Shown piece by piece: positions 19,751 through 29,437 of a stretch of DNA of 64,000 nucleotides. The position numbers and the translations under genes were made by a program. The stretch covers positions 225,015 to 289,014 of the IMG/VR virus record IMGVR_UViG_3300046167_000825. One strand, given 5' to 3'. Each line of letters opens with the position of its first letter. Within the stretch, counting starts at the first letter, position 1. The notes under the pieces are model-generated. The model was not told the origin of the DNA. It was given only the letters and a program-made list of their open reading frames with translations, and did not search any database.

Positions 19751-21588
19751 TGTCTGGATTTCTTTCCGACATCGTGATGGGTGCTGGTCGTGTAAAAGGG
19801 ACTGAAAGTCGCTCCGTTGTTGACATCATCACTTTCATCGAAAGTGCATGGGGTTTGCAAATGCGATTATTCCCCGTTCAGAAAATCATACTGAAAGCAC
19901 ATTACGGTATCCCCCTAGATGACACAGAAAAGACAGTCCCTTATTCCGATTGGAGAAGGGAGAATGTCCAGATGCTGACAGAAGCCGAATACCTCCGATT
20001 ATTGCATAAAGAGGGTCGGTGTAATATCTCTGAGGTGACGGAAGGACACGAAAGACGAGAGATGATTTTATCTGTGGGGAGACGGAGTGGGAAGACAACA
20101 ATATCTGCTTGTATCGCTGCCTATGAAACATACAAGTTGATTTCCAAAGGTGACCCACAAGGGTTCTATGGTTTGCCTAGTTCCAACGTTATTCAGTTAA
20201 TAAGTGTTGCGACAGACAAAGACCAAGCGGGATTACTCTACAACGAGGTGAGTGGTCACTTTCGCAATTGCTCTTTCTTCACTCCCTACTCTGCTAACAA
20301 CACCATGTCCTATGCGAGATTTCAAACCCCTATGGACATTGAAAGATATGGCTCTTATTCAGAGGACAACAGTGCCAACGCCAATATCAAAGTGACCTTC
20401 CGTTCTTGTGTTGCGAAGGGGCTTCGTGGGGCTGGTAATATCTGTGTTATCCTTGATGAGGTCGCTCACTTTACAGACAAGGGACAAAGTGGTGCAGAAG
20501 CCGTATATAACGCTGTGACACCTTCTACCTCAGCCTATTCACAGAAAGACCCCAACAATAAATCAAAGCCCATAGGTGAGGTTGAGGGGCGTATTATATC
20601 CATCTCCTCTCCATTGGGGAAACAAGGGTTGTTCTACAAATTGTTTAATACAGCATTTCGTGGTGGAGCAGCCAGTGCTAATATGTTGGCTGTTCAAGCA
20701 CCCACTTGGGAAGTGAATCCCACTGTTCCAGCCACCGAGTTCGCTAAACATTATGTTAAAGACCCTCGTGTGTTTTTCACGGAATATGGGGCTGTGTTCT
20801 CTGACCGAACAAGAGGTTGGATAGAGGATTCCAAAGACCTCTTGGCGTGCGTGGATGACTCCCGAAAAGAAGTTAAAAAAGGCAAAACACGAGTTCCCTA
20901 TTTCATGGGAATCGACTTGGCTCTTGTTGGTGATGGCACGGCTGTGGCTATTGGGCATCTCGAAGAGATTGATGGGGAGAATAAGATAATCCTCGATCTC
21001 ATAGCCCATATTAAGGCTGGAGAAGGGGATTATGCTGATAGGGAACGCTTGGAGTTCGATGATGTGGCTGATTGGATACTCGGTTGGACAAAGAAGTTCT
21101 ATGTGAAAGAAGGTATCTTCGATCAATGGGCTGGGATTCCTTTTGAGCAAGCCCTCGCCAAAAGAGGTTTGAAGAATATCAAGTCTACACACTTCACCAA
21201 GAATCTCACATCACAGATATTTCAGAACTTCAAAGATTTGATGTTCGACAAGAAAATGATTCTCTATAATGACCCAGTACCCAAAGACGGTGAACTGTGT
21301 CCCTACTTAGAGGAAATTATGGAACTCCAAGCCGAGATCCATAGCAAGCACATCATCACGGTGGCTGCCCCTCAAGTCGAAGGAAAGCATGACGATATGT
21401 CGGATGCTTTAGTTCGGATGGTTTGGTCGGCTTCCCAGAATATCACAAAGCAACTGCGTGTTTCTATGGCGAATGGTCGTAATGCCTTCGGTCATCAAAC
21501 CACCACAAGTGACCTAGTTCGTAGGCGAACTAGAGCCTTACAAAAGGGGTCACACCCATCCCGTCAATCACGCAAATGGCGAAAATAG
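19750..21588 (+). CDS. terminase large subunit
   Basis: GRRSGKT Walker A, VILDE Walker B, ISS coupling motif, RNase H-like GIDLA and HDDMSDA. Confidence 0.93.
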   Translation: MSGFLSDIVMGAGRVKGTESRSVVDIITFIESAWGLQMRLFPVQKIILKAHYGIPLDDTEKTVPYSDWRRENVQMLTEAEYLRLLHKEGRCNISEVTEGHERREMILSVGRRSGKTTISACIAAYETYKLISKGDPQGFYGLPSSNVIQLISVATDKDQAGLLYNEVSGHFRNCSFFTPYSANNTMSYARFQTPMDIERYGSYSEDNSANANIKVTFRSCVAKGLRGAGNICVILDEVAHFTDKGQSGAEAVYNAVTPSTSAYSQKDPNNKSKPIGEVEGRIISISSPLGKQGLFYKLFNTAFRGGAASANMLAVQAPTWEVNPTVPATEFAKHYVKDPRVFFTEYGAVFSDRTRGWIEDSKDLLACVDDSRKEVKKGKTRVPYFMGIDLALVGDGTAVAIGHLEEIDGENKIILDLIAHIKAGEGDYADRERLEFDDVADWILGWTKKFYVKEGIFDQWAGIPFEQALAKRGLKNIKSTHFTKNLTSQIFQNFKDLMFDKKMILYNDPVPKDGELCPYLEEIMELQAEIHSKHIITVAAPQVEGKHDDMSDALVRMVWSASQNITKQLRVSMANGRNAFGHQTTTSDLVRRRTRALQKGSHPSRQSRKWRK

Positions 21589-21597
21589 GAGTTTTTT

Positions 21598-21861
21598 ATG
21601 TCATCCCCACACAGAGCAGACTATCGTTTAATTCATCGTTTTATGTTGCAATACTCAAAGAGTAAAGCCTCAAAAAATAACCTCGTGTCACCCACTGATG
21701 CTGACATTGAGAAAGTTCTCCGTGCTTTCCATCATTTTGGGGGTTCTTGGGAGAGATTGTTCAAGGGAAGCATTAAAGATATGGTTGTCTTGAAGAAGAT
21801 TGTCAAAGTTGGGGTCAAAAAGAAACTCTTCAACCTTGCTCCATCTTGGGATAGGGTATAG
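21598..21861 (+). CDS. hypothetical protein
   Basis: RBS; operon position. Confidence 0.6.
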   Translation: MSSPHRADYRLIHRFMLQYSKSKASKNNLVSPTDADIEKVLRAFHHFGGSWERLFKGSIKDMVVLKKIVKVGVKKKLFNLAPSWDRV

Positions 21862-21870
21862 TGATTCACT

Positions 21871-22170
21871 ATGGGAAGATACAGAGCAAGAAACACAGAC
21901 CCCGTTGAAAGGGATGTTCATAAGAACATAGCCGAAGCCGAGCGTTATCTGAAAAGAGCGTTGTCGGTTCTTTCTTCTGTTCGTGGGAATCCCTCTATAC
22001 GGAAAGCACGGTATAATCAACTAGAGCAAATGCTCCAAGAATCCGTGAAGGTTTTATCTTCTCCTCCTCGATTGACACATGCTCATGATAAAAACGACCC
22101 CGACTTGAATCCAAAGGTCGCAGAGGAACAACGGAAAAAACGAATGGAACGGAAAAGAGGTGATAAATGA
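21871..22170 (+). CDS. basic hypothetical protein
   Basis: ATGA overlap with portal. Confidence 0.6.
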   Translation: MGRYRARNTDPVERDVHKNIAEAERYLKRALSVLSSVRGNPSIRKARYNQLEQMLQESVKVLSSPPRLTHAHDKNDPDLNPKVAEEQRKKRMERKRGDK

Positions 22171-23849
22171 CAAAAAAATCTGGTGTGGCAGTCGGTAAAG
22201 TTCCTTCTCGTGCGAAAGTACACACGGGAAAACCTCGTAAAGTTGTGGCTAGTTCAATGAAAGTTGGTGGGTTACAGACCTATTCTGGTGGCGAAGGGTC
22301 TGGTGGGAACTTCTATTCTCCCGAACTGAGTACCGATTTCCTTGAACTCCCACAGAGTATGCACGAGAGATGGAATTACTTCCGTTTCTTCTATCGTTCA
22401 GAACCTTTCGTGGGTCAAGCGATTGATCTTCACACCGAACTTCCCCTTTCAAAAATCCGTCTGGGTTTCCCGAACTACATCAAAGACAGAGAGATGGCGA
22501 AGGAGGCATTGGACTTCTGTCAGAAGTGGTCTAGGAAAATCGGATTACTTCACCGTTTGATTGAGATCGTCCATGAATACAATCTCATTGGTGAAGTGTT
22601 TATCTTCATGGAAGATGTGACTTCAGACCCACCCGATGATCTTAAATATGAAGTCAGACGAGAACTGCTTGATGATGGGACAGTCCAAGAGGAACTTGTA
22701 GAACGAGAGGATGCCAAAGAACTGCAAGTGAAATGGTTGAAAAAGAACTACAAGGGTTGGACAGCCCTCCGAGTTCTCCCCCCAGAGCAAACCCATGTTC
22801 AATCGTTTCCATTCACGGATGAGAAGATTATTGAACTTATCCCCGATTCTAAAACAAAGGACATTATCTCACAAGCAGATAGTGGTGACCCAACAGCAAA
22901 GCGTATTGTGGACTCCATGCCTAGAGGTGTGGTGGAAGCCGTCCTTGAAGGGAAGAATATCCCCTTGAACACCGATCCAGATGCGGGTTCTTTCGTCTGC
23001 TATCTCGCTCGTAAGAAATCACAGTATGAGGACAGAGGGCATTCCATCCTTGAGAGATGTATCCGAACTCTCGTGTTCCGAGATAAACTTCGTCAAGCCA
23101 ACACTTCTATCGCTTCAAGGCACATGACCCCCATCCGTTTGGTCTATGGTGAAGATATGGATCAAGCCGATGTGGAAGCATTGAGAGAGCAAGTGGATTT
23201 GGCTCTTGCTGATCCCGACTTCTCTATCATAGCGAACTTTGAAATCCGATGGGAGGAAATGGGTTCTGACCAACGCCTCCTTGATCTTGGTTCTGAATAT
23301 GACCTCACTGATCGTCAGTTGTATGCTGGTCTTGGTGTGACAGAAGGCTTACTCTCTGGTGAGAGTTCTTATAGTGGTGACCGTATCAACTTGGAAGTCA
23401 TCAACACGAGGTACATGCTTCTCCGAGAAATCCTACAAGACTTGGTTGAGGAGAAAATGCTCAAACCAATGTGTGCTAGGATGGGTTTCATTGAGGAAGA
23501 TGAATACGGAAATGAACATGTGGTTTATCCCACACTTTCTTTCACAAGACTTGCACTCAGAGATAACAATGACACTTTCGATGCCTTGTTCAATCTCTAT
23601 CAGAAGGGTTCATTGGATGTGGATATCATCTTGGAACTCTTGAACATTGACCCAGTAGCAACCAAAGAGAAACTAGAACGAGATATGTTCACACTCAACG
23701 ATAGTCAGTTCAATGAGGTTCTACGAGGTATCTATGGTGAGGCTGGTCGTGCATTAGCCGAGAACTCAGATGCCCTTGAAAAGATAGCCGAGAATCTAGG
23801 TCTGACCTACGAGAAGCCCGAAGAAGAAGGTGGCGGTGGTAGATTCTGA
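22167..23849 (+). CDS. portal protein
   Basis: 560 aa after terminase; EPFVGQAID, GEVFI, RGHSILE, AGLGV motifs typical of portals. Confidence 0.85.
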   Translation: MTKKSGVAVGKVPSRAKVHTGKPRKVVASSMKVGGLQTYSGGEGSGGNFYSPELSTDFLELPQSMHERWNYFRFFYRSEPFVGQAIDLHTELPLSKIRLGFPNYIKDREMAKEALDFCQKWSRKIGLLHRLIEIVHEYNLIGEVFIFMEDVTSDPPDDLKYEVRRELLDDGTVQEELVEREDAKELQVKWLKKNYKGWTALRVLPPEQTHVQSFPFTDEKIIELIPDSKTKDIISQADSGDPTAKRIVDSMPRGVVEAVLEGKNIPLNTDPDAGSFVCYLARKKSQYEDRGHSILERCIRTLVFRDKLRQANTSIASRHMTPIRLVYGEDMDQADVEALREQVDLALADPDFSIIANFEIRWEEMGSDQRLLDLGSEYDLTDRQLYAGLGVTEGLLSGESSYSGDRINLEVINTRYMLLREILQDLVEEKMLKPMCARMGFIEEDEYGNEHVVYPTLSFTRLALRDNNDTFDALFNLYQKGSLDVDIILELLNIDPVATKEKLERDMFTLNDSQFNEVLRGIYGEAGRALAENSDALEKIAENLGLTYEKPEEEGGGGRF

Positions 23850-23907
23850 TAATCTATCTATATCGTCTTATAGATGAATAAGAGAGAAGTCGTCAAAAAC
23901 TTCAACT

Positions 23908-23940
23908 AAAAAAGAAAGGGGAGTCCCTCAACTCCCCTTT
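23908..23940 (-). terminator. intrinsic terminator for the minus-strand island
   Basis: AAAGGGGAGT/ACTCCCCTTT stem with upstream A run. Confidence 0.65.
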
Positions 23941-23964
23941 CAACCACAAACTTGGCTTAATGTA

Positions 23965-24219
23965 CTACTTGGGTTTCCCTCCCCGACAAGGAGTACACCA
24001 ACTTTGTGGAATCGTTTTACCCTTGATAACTCGCAAACCAAAAGACTCTACAACTTTCCCTATCTTTTTACATTTGGGGCATGCCTTGTATTCTAGTTCA
24101 TATTGGTCAATGGCTTCAATGAGCGTGTTTTTCGATATTTTCCCGTTGCCAATTCGGTGATCAAGTACAAGCACCATACCATTGGGTGTGTTTATCCTTT
24201 TACATATTTCGTCACTCAT
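23965..24219 (-). CDS. small zinc-finger protein
   Basis: CPKC...FG.R...QSWCTPCR. Confidence 0.65.
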   Translation of the reverse strand: MSDEICKRINTPNGMVLVLDHRIGNGKISKNTLIEAIDQYELEYKACPKCKKIGKVVESFGLRVIKGKTIPQSWCTPCRGGKPK

Positions 24220-24227
24220 GTCTTCTC

Positions 24228-24611
24228 CTATGCAGATTTGCGTTGTTGTGAAATGATTTGATGAGTACCAACTAGGGAGTTGTTGAGGGCATGCTCTATG
24301 GCTCTTTGGTCTATATCAAGACGGTCATCAAGCCATCGACCTAAAGCGATGGTGTGCTTACATAAGCGACCGAAACCACCAGCCTCACAAGTGCAACGAA
24401 CACTCTTTGTTTTGAGATTCACTCTCGTGGTATAAACTTCCGAGCCAGATATGGGTGTGTGGGTCATCCCCGTAATCAATCCCGCATCGACATCGAATGA
24501 CGGTGACATCACAGCCACCTTTGATGCTTTTATTCGGGTGTCCTTTGACACTTTGCTCTCAAGCCGTTGGATGGTTTCTCGTAATATCGTAGTTTGGTTC
24601 AGTATATTCAT
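24228..24611 (-). CDS. SWIM zinc-finger protein
   Basis: CTC...LCKH. Confidence 0.75.
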   Translation of the reverse strand: MNILNQTTILRETIQRLESKVSKDTRIKASKVAVMSPSFDVDAGLITGMTHTPISGSEVYTTRVNLKTKSVRCTCEAGGFGRLCKHTIALGRWLDDRLDIDQRAIEHALNNSLVGTHQIISQQRKSA

Positions 24612-24682
24612 AGCAATCTCCTTGTGCTTTATATACGGAGAAACCTTTTCGATGCGATCCCTTTACGGCATTATTTTATAAA

Positions 24683-25069
24683 TTAGTTCTCTCGGTTTTC
24701 TAGTTCCATCTCAAAGAGTTCAACGGCTTCTGTCAAGCCATGCTTTTTCAATAGTTCGATGGCGTACTCATCACACATATCTTCATTGAGAGAACGGAAG
24801 TGTATATGCCCTAGTTCGTGTGCTAAGATAATAAAGAGGTGGTCAGCCGAGAACCAGTCACTGCTAAATAATCTCCTATCAAGTAATATCAGAGGCTGAG
24901 GTACATCTTCCCAAGCAGCAAAAGCGTGAGAGGTTTCAAACATCGACATTTCAAAGTGCCACTTGGAATCTTCGGGGAGGACGAAGGTATCAGTGGCTGG
25001 ATCTAGACATAGAACTAGCACCTTTTCGTCAAGGGGGCAGATAAACTGTTGGTATTGTGCTAAATCCAT
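24683..25069 (-). CDS. HExxH zinc metallopeptidase (ImmA/IrrE-like)
   Basis: ILAHELGHIH...E..CD..A. Confidence 0.7.
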   Translation of the reverse strand: MDLAQYQQFICPLDEKVLVLCLDPATDTFVLPEDSKWHFEMSMFETSHAFAAWEDVPQPLILLDRRLFSSDWFSADHLFIILAHELGHIHFRSLNEDMCDEYAIELLKKHGLTEAVELFEMELENREN

Positions 25070-25119
25070 AATCTCTTTATAGAACTCCTATATCAAACGC
25101 CTTATTGAAGGAAAATCGA

Positions 25120-28050
25120 ATGTATGTCTTTTTGAAAAAAACGTGGAATGGTGCAGTTTATAGTCTCTCTCTGAGAGATGATGCTTTCATTCATTTCACA
25201 CCCCAAAGTAGAGCGAGAGAGATACTTGCCTCTGGTCGGTTACTGTTCAACCCTCCTTATAAGAAGTTTGGGATAGATTCCGTCACAGCCATCTCAACCT
25301 CTTTCGGGAGTGCTGTCGCTGGTGTGCAAACAACACACATTAAAGAAACACCCGATGACCCCATCGTTGCCCTTTGGTTCAAAACGAACACCCTCCCCCC
25401 GAAAATAAACTATCCCGAAGAAGTCTATTGGAGTTCGGACGTGGTTTTCACAAAGGTCAAACTTCTCACCAAGCGGGAGGGTCTCTCTATTCTCAGTCGG
25501 TCTAAGCCCCCAACAAAGGACGACTTCTCAGTGGTGTATGAAGGTTCACCTTCTCATAAACAACTACGGACAGCCAAATACAAGAACAAGAAGACCGTCA
25601 AAGACCAAGACGGGAAAGACATGATCGTCTATGAGTATTCAGACCAGCAGATCAATAAGCGACATAAAGAGAAATCCCAAAAGGTCGAGAAAATCCGTCA
25701 GAATATAAACTCTTTGGAAACGCAAGTTCTCAAAGACCTCAAAAAAGAGGATACCCGTCAAGTAGCACTGGCGGTCGCCCTCATCAATCACACATACGAG
25801 CGTGTAGGGAACGATGATAGTGCTTCCAATGGTCACTATGGGGTAACGGGGTGGAAGAAGAAACATTTGTCTTTCAAGGGAAGCAAAGCCTTCCTCTCAT
25901 ACACGGGTAAGAGTGGTGTTCGTCATAATAAAGAGGTCGATGACAAGGTGTTGGTGTCAGCCCTCCGAGAGATATCGAAAGGTTTGAAAGATGACGATGT
26001 TCTTTTGTCAGACATTAAAGCCCCCGATGTCAATGAGTATCTCAACCAGTATGGGATCACAGCGAAAGACATGCGAGGTTACCATGCCAACAGAGAAATG
26101 CAAGAACGCTTGAAAGCCCTCCGAGAGGAAAGGGGCGAACTACCGAAGGACAAGAAAGAGAAGGACAAGATTCTTAAAGAGGAGTTTAAGGAAGCCCTCA
26201 ATGGAGCAGCGAAAGCCGTTGGTCATGAAGAAGCAACATTAAGAGGGCAGTACTTAGTCCCCCATTTGGAAGATACCTTTATGAAAGATGGCACAGTGAT
26301 AACCACTTTGAAGAAAGCACATATATCAAGAATCGCCACGAGAGTCTTCGGTACAAAAACAGAAAATGAAAAGATGGATGAGGAAGCCGATAGATTGGTG
26401 AAGAAACAACCCAAAAGTAAACCACCTCGCAAAGACCGTCAGCGAAGAAGAATCGACATAGGGGATAAGGACACCACTGAGGACAAGGATTTGAACTCAA
26501 AGGATATGTCGATGAACTACAAGGTGATTGGTGGTTCGTTGGGTGGTGTCATAACGAGAGTTGCTTCTCGTTATATGCTGCTCTCTCGGCTATCCGAGAG
26601 ATATCTGTCAGCGACCACTGAAATTGTGGAAACACCCAATCAAAAAGACACCGATAAGAAGGAAAAAGAGGACAAAAAAAAAGAGTTAGTTCGGAAGAAA
26701 GAAACCGAAGCGTGGGATAAGTTCACGGGGGAAAAAATCAAAGACCCCGAATCCAAAAGAGAAGTTTCGTGGGGTACTTTCCAGAAGAAACACCCCAAAG
26801 ATGCTCAGAAAATCCGTAACAAGTTTCGGACAGACTTTGAGGAATCCTTTAAGGAAGACCAAGTCAATAAAGAAAATGAACAAGCCCAGAAACTAGATAG
26901 ACGGCTCACCGAAGAAGAACTGGCAGAAGTTGATAATATGGTGGAGGAGGTGGTTAACCTCAATGGGCGTGAGATACGCCTCCCATTCGACACAGATGAC
27001 CGTGTTCGTAGTGTTTCGATGGCTCTTGAAGAACCAAAAAGAGATGATGAAACTGTTGAGGACTACAACTCTCGTAAGGCAGAAGAGATTTCTAAGTCTA
27101 TTAGAGGGATGGATACCAAAGCCCTCCAGCAGTTGTGGGATAGTGGGATGATTGATAAGAGTGACCCTCGTGTCAATGATGCGATAGATACCATGATGTC
27201 TATGGATGCAATGGGGGATGTTGTGGGTCGTCCTTTATCGGAGTCTGAAGCCAAAGCCATAGAAGATTTCTATTCTGCTATGCTGACGGAAACCATTAAG
27301 GTCGAGCATTTTGGTAGCGATAAAGAGGAAGGGAAGAGTTTCATTGCTGATTTCGTGGAGGGAGCGAAGAACTCAGCAGTGGAGGCTCTTAAAGAATCTG
27401 AGGATGCCGATTTAGGTGCAGTCATGAAAGATTATCTGTCTAATGCTACGACCAACAAGGAAAAGAAGACACTCAAAATCCACCACATCACAAAAGAGTT
27501 CATGTCAAAGGAACAGAAGGAGGCATTGAAAAGCCTAGAAGAATCTCAGAAGAAAGTGGAGTCCATTCGGAAAGAGAAGCAAACCCAAATGGATCAACTA
27601 TCCGAGATTGATAAAACTCTCTCGACTGAAGATATCAGTGATGAGGACAGAGAACAACTAGAAACGGATAAGGCTTCCCTTCAAAAGAGTGTTGATAGCC
27701 AAGAGGGGCTTCTGAAATCTGAGATGGAAAATCAACAATCCCTCACAGAAAAAACACAACCTAGTTCAGAGAACTTACAGAAGGCACTGGATAAAATGAT
27801 TCAGAAACTCCCAAAAGAAATCCAAAAAGAATATAAGGATTTCGGGAACACAGAGGAAATGATTGAAAAGGTCTTTGAACTCACTCAAGCAGAAGCCTTG
27901 AAGAAGTATGAGGAGATAATTGAAAACTCTAGCATGCCCCCCGAAGAAAAAAAGAAAGCCCTAGAAAGAGCCAAAGACCCTAATTTTGATCCAGAGGGAG
28001 CGTTGGCTGGTATGATGTCAGAGAGTGACGACATCGAAAATGAGATATAA
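25120..28050 (+). CDS. multi-domain protein: ART-like N-terminal domain + DNA topoisomerase IB core + tag motifs + charged coiled coil
   Basis: Topo IB catalytic residues ERVGN, GKSG, KDMR, VGH, QYL; N-terminal HFT..RA.EIL.SG.L. Confidence 0.8.
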   Translation: MYVFLKKTWNGAVYSLSLRDDAFIHFTPQSRAREILASGRLLFNPPYKKFGIDSVTAISTSFGSAVAGVQTTHIKETPDDPIVALWFKTNTLPPKINYPEEVYWSSDVVFTKVKLLTKREGLSILSRSKPPTKDDFSVVYEGSPSHKQLRTAKYKNKKTVKDQDGKDMIVYEYSDQQINKRHKEKSQKVEKIRQNINSLETQVLKDLKKEDTRQVALAVALINHTYERVGNDDSASNGHYGVTGWKKKHLSFKGSKAFLSYTGKSGVRHNKEVDDKVLVSALREISKGLKDDDVLLSDIKAPDVNEYLNQYGITAKDMRGYHANREMQERLKALREERGELPKDKKEKDKILKEEFKEALNGAAKAVGHEEATLRGQYLVPHLEDTFMKDGTVITTLKKAHISRIATRVFGTKTENEKMDEEADRLVKKQPKSKPPRKDRQRRRIDIGDKDTTEDKDLNSKDMSMNYKVIGGSLGGVITRVASRYMLLSRLSERYLSATTEIVETPNQKDTDKKEKEDKKKELVRKKETEAWDKFTGEKIKDPESKREVSWGTFQKKHPKDAQKIRNKFRTDFEESFKEDQVNKENEQAQKLDRRLTEEELAEVDNMVEEVVNLNGREIRLPFDTDDRVRSVSMALEEPKRDDETVEDYNSRKAEEISKSIRGMDTKALQQLWDSGMIDKSDPRVNDAIDTMMSMDAMGDVVGRPLSESEAKAIEDFYSAMLTETIKVEHFGSDKEEGKSFIADFVEGAKNSAVEALKESEDADLGAVMKDYLSNATTNKEKKTLKIHHITKEFMSKEQKEALKSLEESQKKVESIRKEKQTQMDQLSEIDKTLSTEDISDEDREQLETDKASLQKSVDSQEGLLKSEMENQQSLTEKTQPSSENLQKALDKMIQKLPKEIQKEYKDFGNTEEMIEKVFELTQAEALKKYEEIIENSSMPPEEKKKALERAKDPNFDPEGALAGMMSESDDIENEI

Positions 28051-28173
28051 TCTCATGTCTCATTCAAAATATATTCAAACAAAATAAATAATCATTCTAT
28101 ATCAAACACTATATTGTCGATAGCCCTCAGAGGGGTTCTTATGACAATTTTATCTTATTGGGAGGCTTATACC

Positions 28174-28839
28174 ATGAAAAAATTCGCTACACGGGCAATT
28201 GTTGCTGATCTAGACAACCTTGCTGATCTTTTCCAAAACGCTGGTTCTGAACTCGGTGTTCCAACTCGTATCGCTATGGATTTCGCATATCGTTGTGACC
28301 TTTTGTCTGATGTCATCGAAAAATTGGCTGGTGACGAAGAAGCAGAAGAGGAAGAGGAAGAAGAAGAAGTAAAAGAAGAAGAAACTGAACTAGAAAAGAA
28401 GGCTTTTGCTGCATTACAAACTTTATCTCGTCTTGCTTCTGAAGAAGAAGAAAAGGAAGAAGAGAAGGAAGAAGAGAAGGAAGAAGAAGCAGAAGAAGAG
28501 GCAAAGGAATCTTCTAAAAAGGCTACTTTGAAAGAACTTTCTCGTTTAATCAATCGTCTTGCTGGCGATGATGAAGAAAGCGAAGAAGAAGAAAAGGAAG
28601 AAGAAGCAGAAGAGGAAAAGGAAGAAGCAAAAAAAGAGGCTCGTCAAATAACAAAACGCCAAGCCCTTGCTACCCTTCTTCGTATTGCTGAAGAAGAAGA
28701 AAAAGAACTGGGACAACAAGAGGATCAAGCCCTTGAAACTGAAACTGATGAGCCTTATATGAAGGGCTTTTCTGAAGGTTCAAAGGATGTAGCCGAGGTT
28801 GCTAAGGCTGCTGCGACTTACCGTAAACGTCTTAAGTAA
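28174..28839 (+). CDS. Glu-rich prohead core or scaffold-like protein
   Basis: Poly-E tracts alternating with amphipathic helices ending in [KR]xA. Confidence 0.65.
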   Translation: MKKFATRAIVADLDNLADLFQNAGSELGVPTRIAMDFAYRCDLLSDVIEKLAGDEEAEEEEEEEEVKEEETELEKKAFAALQTLSRLASEEEEKEEEKEEEKEEEAEEEAKESSKKATLKELSRLINRLAGDDEESEEEEKEEEAEEEKEEAKKEARQITKRQALATLLRIAEEEEKELGQQEDQALETETDEPYMKGFSEGSKDVAEVAKAAATYRKRLK

Positions 28840-28852
28840 AAAGAGGTCTCCC

Positions 28853-29437
28853 TTGAAGAAACAATCTGCAAGATATGATCTTCTCGCTGAGGAGTTGTCC
28901 GTTGGGGATGCTGTCATCCCCATCGGTCAGCCCATTGGTGGTGTTGGTCGAATTACGAAAATCTATGTCGGCATTGGCATGGCAGATGTTCAATTCAATG
29001 GGGGTAATCGTAGGATTCCCGTTGAGGACTTGAAGTTTGTTGCTGAGGAGGGATATTCTTTTGCTCCCGATCACGACACAACTGCTGGTGGAGAGATTGA
29101 TGAAGAACCCTTTGGTTCTCGTGAACTCTCAGTTCAACCACCTCATGAGGCTTTCACACCCGTGTTGAATGATATGTTCTATGAACAGACTCTTCCAACA
29201 AAGGTCGCCCAACGCTTTGTGAAAAAAGCATTGTATTGGGCTGGTCGTGATCGTAAATATCGAGCCACGAGATCCGAGTGTGGTGCTTCCTATCTATGTC
29301 CAAAGTGTGTAGACCCCATTGTGATGAAGAAAGCCATCTACAAACGGTTAGAGGGTGCTTCCGAGCGTCTGTGGGGTTGCCCCTCTTGTATGTTCTTAAT
29401 CAAGGACACTGACATTGTGCGTTGGGGGGGTGAATAA
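28853..29437 (+). CDS. SH3-like + zinc-ribbon protein with KVAQRFV tag
   Basis: TTG start after GAGG; CPKC...CPSC. Confidence 0.6.
   Translation: MKKQSARYDLLAEELSVGDAVIPIGQPIGGVGRITKIYVGIGMADVQFNGGNRRIPVEDLKFVAEEGYSFAPDHDTTAGGEIDEEPFGSRELSVQPPHEAFTPVLNDMFYEQTLPTKVAQRFVKKALYWAGRDRKYRATRSECGASYLCPKCVDPIVMKKAIYKRLEGASERLWGCPSCMFLIKDTDIVRWGGE

Noticed and set aside
25570-26320. Tyrosine integrase or prophage marker
   Set aside because: Motifs RVGN, GKSG and KDMR fit topoisomerase IB; no att sites or host genes are visible
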